NCBI GenBank assembly: GCA_018065085.1
Contig: JAGHUA010000006.1
Coordinates: 12,963-76,962 of the forward strand
Direction: 5' to 3'
DNA length: 64,000 nt
Origin: Candidatus Liminaster caballi
Lineage (GTDB): Bacteria; Bacteroidota; Bacteroidia; Bacteroidales; UBA3663
Shown piece by piece: positions 60,229-64,000 of the stretch. A model generated the notes under the pieces. The model saw only the letters and a list, made by a program, of their open reading frames with translations, ran no database searches and was not told where the DNA came from. Made by a program: the position numbers and the translations under genes. Positions within the stretch are counted from its first letter, which is position 1. The number at the start of each line of letters is the position of its first letter.

Positions 60229-63200
60229 TTATTTCTTAATCTGGGCACGAACCACGTATTCGTCCATGTCGAGTTCAACGGCATCGGCAAGGCTTCCAGC
60301 AGCCACCACCTCGATCGATGTGGCGAGCACCTGGCTTGCGATATAGTCGCCGAACGTCTTCACGGCCTCGTCGGTCTCTGCGTTGCTCTCCACACAGATC
60401 TGGATGCGGTCCGTCACCTCAAAGCCAGCGGTCTTGCGGTGGTTCTGGATTCGCTTGATCAGCTCGCGAGCCACGCCCTCACACTTCAGTGCCTCGGTGA
60501 TGGTCACGTCGAGAGCCACGGTCACGCGGCCTTCGCTTGCCACGTTCCATCCTGGCATATCCTCCGAGATGATCTCCACATCGCCGGTAAGGATCTCCAC
60601 GGCTGTGCCTTCAAGCTCGAAGTTCACGCTGCCGGTCTTCTCGAGCGATGCAATCTGCTCCTGAGTGAGATCGTTGAGCGCAGCAGCAAGGCTCTTCATC
60701 AGCTTGCCGTAGCGCTTGCCCAACTCGCGGAAGTTTGGCTTCACACGCTTCACGAGCACATGATCCTCGCCGCCTGCGATCTTCAGTTCCTTGACGTTCA
60801 CCTCGCTGAGGATAAGGTCCTTGACTGCCAGCACGTCCTGCTCCTGTTCGGCATCGACGGCTGGGAAGAGGATGGTCTGGAGTGGCTGACGCACGTTGAT
60901 CTTCGATGTCTTGCGGATCGAGAGCACGAGCGATGTGACGGTCTGTGCCAACTGCATCTTACGTTCGAGGGCCTCGTCGGTCTTGCCTGCCACTGGGAAG
61001 TCGGCAAGGTGTACCGAGACGTTTGCGTCACGTCCGCTGACGGCGTTGAGGTCGCAGAAGAGCTTGTCAGCATAGAATGGAGCGATAGGAGCCATGAGCT
61101 TGGCCACGGTCTCAAGACATGTGTAGAGTGTCTGATATGCTGCCAGCTTGTCGTCGTTGAGTTCGCCGCCCCAGAAACGTTTGCGGTTAAGGCGTACGTA
61201 CCAGTTAGAGAGGTTGTCACACACGAAGGTCTCGATCAGACGGCCTGCCTGTGTCGGCTCGTATGTCTCATAGTTCTTCTCCACCTCGCTGATGAGTGTC
61301 GAGAGCGATGAGAGAATCCAGCGGTCGATCTCTGGACGCTTCTCTACTGGCACCTCATTCTCATTGCCTGTGAAGCCGTCGATATTGGCATAGAGGGCGA
61401 AGAGTTTGTAGGTGTTGAACAGTGTACCGAAGAACTTGCGGCTCACCTCGCTCACTCCCTCTGGGTCGAACTTAAGGTTGTCCCATGGCGATGCGTTGGT
61501 GATCATGTACCAGCGCAATGGGTCGGAACCGTACTTCTCGATGGCGCCGAATGGGTCGATGGCATTGCCCAGACGCTTTGACATCTTCTGTCCGTCCTTG
61601 GCCAATACGAGGCCGTTCGAAACGACTGCCTTGTATGCCACTGAGTCGAAGATCATTGTGCCGAGGGCATGGAGGGTGAAGAACCAGCCGCGTGTCTGAT
61701 CGACGCCCTCTGCGATGAAGTCGGCAGGATAGATGGTGCGGTTGTCGAATGCCTCCTTGTTCTCGAATGGATAGTGGATCTGAGCGTATGGCATTGCGCC
61801 TGAATCAAACCAGACGTCGATAAGGTCAAGTTCGCGGGTCAGCACATTGCCGCTCTCGCTCACCAGCTTAATGTCATCGACGTATGGACGGTGCAGGTCG
61901 ATCTTGTCATAGTTCTCCTTGGTCATGAGACCTGGCACAAAGCCCTTCTCCTTGTATGGGTTCGAAGCCATCACGCCGGCAGCCACTGCCTTCTCGATCT
62001 CATTGTAGAGTTCCTCGACGCTGCCGATGCAGAGTTCCTCACGGGTGTCGCGGTTACGCCAGATAGGAAGTGGTGTACCCCAATAGCGCGAACGTGACAG
62101 GTTCCAGTCGTTGAGGTTCTCAAGCCACATGCCGAAACGTCCCGTACCGGTTGACTTTGGCTTCCAGTTGATAGTCTTATTGAGCTCGATCATGCGGTCG
62201 CGGCACGCTGTGCTGCGGATGAACCATGAGTCCAGAGGATAGTAGAGCACAGGCTTGTCGGTACGCCAGCAGTGTGGGTAGTTGTGTACGTGCTTCTCCA
62301 TGCGGAAACACTGGCCTGCCTTCTTCATCTCAAGGCTCATCACGATGTTCAGGTCGTCGTCCTTGGCTGCTGCCTCGGCATTGTACTTTCCGCCCTCGTT
62401 GTATTTCGGAGCGTAGGCATTCTTCACGAAGTCGCCCTCATGCACGCCGTACTCAGCGCGGTTGACACACTTCTCGACGAACGACTCTGCCAGTTCCTCG
62501 CACACATAGTACTTACCTGTCATATCCACCATCGGACGTGTCTCGCCGAGCTTGTTGATCATGTAGAGGCCAGGGATGTCGGCAGCCTTTGCCACCTTGG
62601 CATCGTCGGCACCGAATGTCGGAGCGATGTGTACGATACCCGTACCGTCCTCTGTGGTCACATAGTCGCCGAGGATTACGCGGAAAGCGCAGTCGGCACA
62701 CTCCACGAACTTGTCCTGACCGTGACTGAACACCTTCTCCGGGTGCTCGGCTGCATACTTGCTGACGAATGCGGCGCTGAGGTCATCGACCTTCTCGCAT
62801 GGCTTTACCCATGGCATGAGCTGATTGTAGTGGATACCTTCGAGGTCGGTGCCCTTGAATCGGGCAACGATACGGTATGGCAGTTTCTTGCCGTCCACCT
62901 TCTCGATGTCCAATGCCTCCATCTCGGCGAGTGTCTGGAGCTCGTCGCCTGCCAGATAAGCCTTGAGTCGTGGCTCGGCGATGATCACTGTCAGCTTGTC
63001 GCCGTTGTATGGGTTGAAGGTCTGAGCTGCCACATAGTCGATGTTAGGGCCTACGCAGAGCGCGGTGTTCGAAGGCAGGGTCCATGGTGTGGTTGTCCAA
63101 GCCAGCACAGCCAGCTTGCCCCATTCCTTCAGGGCTGCTGCATTTTCGATTGCCGACAGTCCGTTGTCAGCAACCTCGAAGATGGCTGTTGCGGTCATGT

Positions 63201-63813
63201 CCTTCACGTCGCGATAGCAGCCTGGCTGGTTCAGCTCGTGGCTCGAAAGACCTGTGCCTGCACCTGGCGAATATGGCTGGATGGTGTAGCCCTTATAGAG
63301 AAGGCCCTTGCCGTAGAGCTGCTTGAGCATCCACCAGAGGGTCTCGATGTAACGGTTGTCATAGGTGATGTACGGATCGTCGAGGTCCACCCAATAGCCC
63401 ATCTTATGGGTCAGGTCGGTCCATTCCTTTGTGTATTTCATCACCTCCTTGCGGCAGGCTGCGTTATAGTCATCGACCGAGATCTTCTTGCCGATGTCCT
63501 CCTTGGTGATGCCGAGCATCTTCTCTACGCCGAGCTCCACTGGCAGACCGTGTGTGTCCCAACCTGCCTTGCGCTTCACCTGATAGCCCTTCATTGTCTT
63601 GAAGCGGCAGAATATGTCTTTGATCGAACGTGCCATCACGTGGTGGATACCTGGCATACCGTTGGCTGACGGTGGGCCTTCATAGAACACGAACGATGGA
63701 TGACCCTCACGTGTGGTCATCGACTTGTCAAACACCTGGTTTTCGTCCCAGCGTTTCAGAACCTCCTTGTTGATCTCCGAGAGGTTAAATTGGTTATATT
63801 CTGCAAATTTCAT
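60229..63813 (-). CDS. ileS: Isoleucyl-tRNA synthetase (type 2)
   Basis: EGPPSANG, GWDTHGLP, WTTTPWTLP, SRSRYWGTP, EGVDQTRGWF and KMSKR. Probable start MKFAEY at 63813. Confidence 0.98.
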   Translation of the reverse strand: MKFAEYNQFNLSEINKEVLKRWDENQVFDKSMTTREGHPSFVFYEGPPSANGMPGIHHVMARSIKDIFCRFKTMKGYQVKRKAGWDTHGLPVELGVEKMLGITKEDIGKKISVDDYNAACRKEVMKYTKEWTDLTHKMGYWVDLDDPYITYDNRYIETLWWMLKQLYGKGLLYKGYTIQPYSPGAGTGLSSHELNQPGCYRDVKDMTATAIFEVADNGLSAIENAAALKEWGKLAVLAWTTTPWTLPSNTALCVGPNIDYVAAQTFNPYNGDKLTVIIAEPRLKAYLAGDELQTLAEMEALDIEKVDGKKLPYRIVARFKGTDLEGIHYNQLMPWVKPCEKVDDLSAAFVSKYAAEHPEKVFSHGQDKFVECADCAFRVILGDYVTTEDGTGIVHIAPTFGADDAKVAKAADIPGLYMINKLGETRPMVDMTGKYYVCEELAESFVEKCVNRAEYGVHEGDFVKNAYAPKYNEGGKYNAEAAAKDDDLNIVMSLEMKKAGQCFRMEKHVHNYPHCWRTDKPVLYYPLDSWFIRSTACRDRMIELNKTINWKPKSTGTGRFGMWLENLNDWNLSRSRYWGTPLPIWRNRDTREELCIGSVEELYNEIEKAVAAGVMASNPYKEKGFVPGLMTKENYDKIDLHRPYVDDIKLVSESGNVLTRELDLIDVWFDSGAMPYAQIHYPFENKEAFDNRTIYPADFIAEGVDQTRGWFFTLHALGTMIFDSVAYKAVVSNGLVLAKDGQKMSKRLGNAIDPFGAIEKYGSDPLRWYMITNASPWDNLKFDPEGVSEVSRKFFGTLFNTYKLFALYANIDGFTGNENEVPVEKRPEIDRWILSSLSTLISEVEKNYETYEPTQAGRLIETFVCDNLSNWYVRLNRKRFWGGELNDDKLAAYQTLYTCLETVAKLMAPIAPFYADKLFCDLNAVSGRDANVSVHLADFPVAGKTDEALERKMQLAQTVTSLVLSIRKTSKINVRQPLQTILFPAVDAEQEQDVLAVKDLILSEVNVKELKIAGGEDHVLVKRVKPNFRELGKRYGKLMKSLAAALNDLTQEQIASLEKTGSVNFELEGTAVEILTGDVEIISEDMPGWNVASEGRVTVALDVTITEALKCEGVARELIKRIQNHRKTAGFEVTDRIQICVESNAETDEAVKTFGDYIASQVLATSIEVVAAGSLADAVELDMDEYVVRAQIKK

Positions 63814-63849
63814 ATCTGTGAGTTTGAATATTCTACTTTTTATAGCGCG

Positions 63850-63881
63850 CAAAGATAATGTTTTTCTCTTATATTTCCAAA
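63850..63881 (-). promoter_or_regulatory. Promoter for the ileS operon
   Basis: -7 TATCTTTG (63857-63850) and -33 TTTG (63881-63878), 20 nt apart. Confidence 0.75.
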
Positions 63882-64000
63882 AAAAACTTCTTTTTTTCAA
63901 CGGTTCCGCCTCTTTTCCACCATTTTTGTTTACTCTACAACTCTAAATAATGATTTTTTCTTTCGAACTTTTACGAAGCATTTTGTAATTCCTTATCCGT

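Overview
Chromosomal window from a Bacteroidales (Prevotellaceae-like) bacterium, judged from TAnnTTTG/-33 TTTG promoters, SusC/SusD pairs, a T9SS-type C-terminus and the bat operon. Left to right: (1) 1-21555, a minus-strand polysaccharide-utilisation-like locus. In transcription order it holds a 1177-aa non-catalytic T9SS-type protein with three repeated beta-sandwich modules, a strong terminator, then FAS1(fasciclin) lipoprotein - SusC - SusD - FAS1 - FAS1 - SusC - SusD, and a clan GH-A-like hydrolase that runs off the window and is missing from the ORF track. (2) tRNA-Gln(TTG). (3) A dcw cluster, rsmH to ftsZ, with no mraZ, a motif-degenerate FtsA and an altered MraY HHH motif. (4) An ABC-F gene, a deleted kinase-like pseudogene and an orphan SusC/SusD pair with a LacI-type palindrome upstream. 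(5) The moxR-DUF58-batABCDE operon, metA, rsmI, a compact dacB, lspA, dksA-like and ileS. The best candidate for an under-described system is the fasciclin/tandem-SusCD locus, where one SusC appears to lack a TonB box. Family assignments come from motif recognition by eye; no searches were run.
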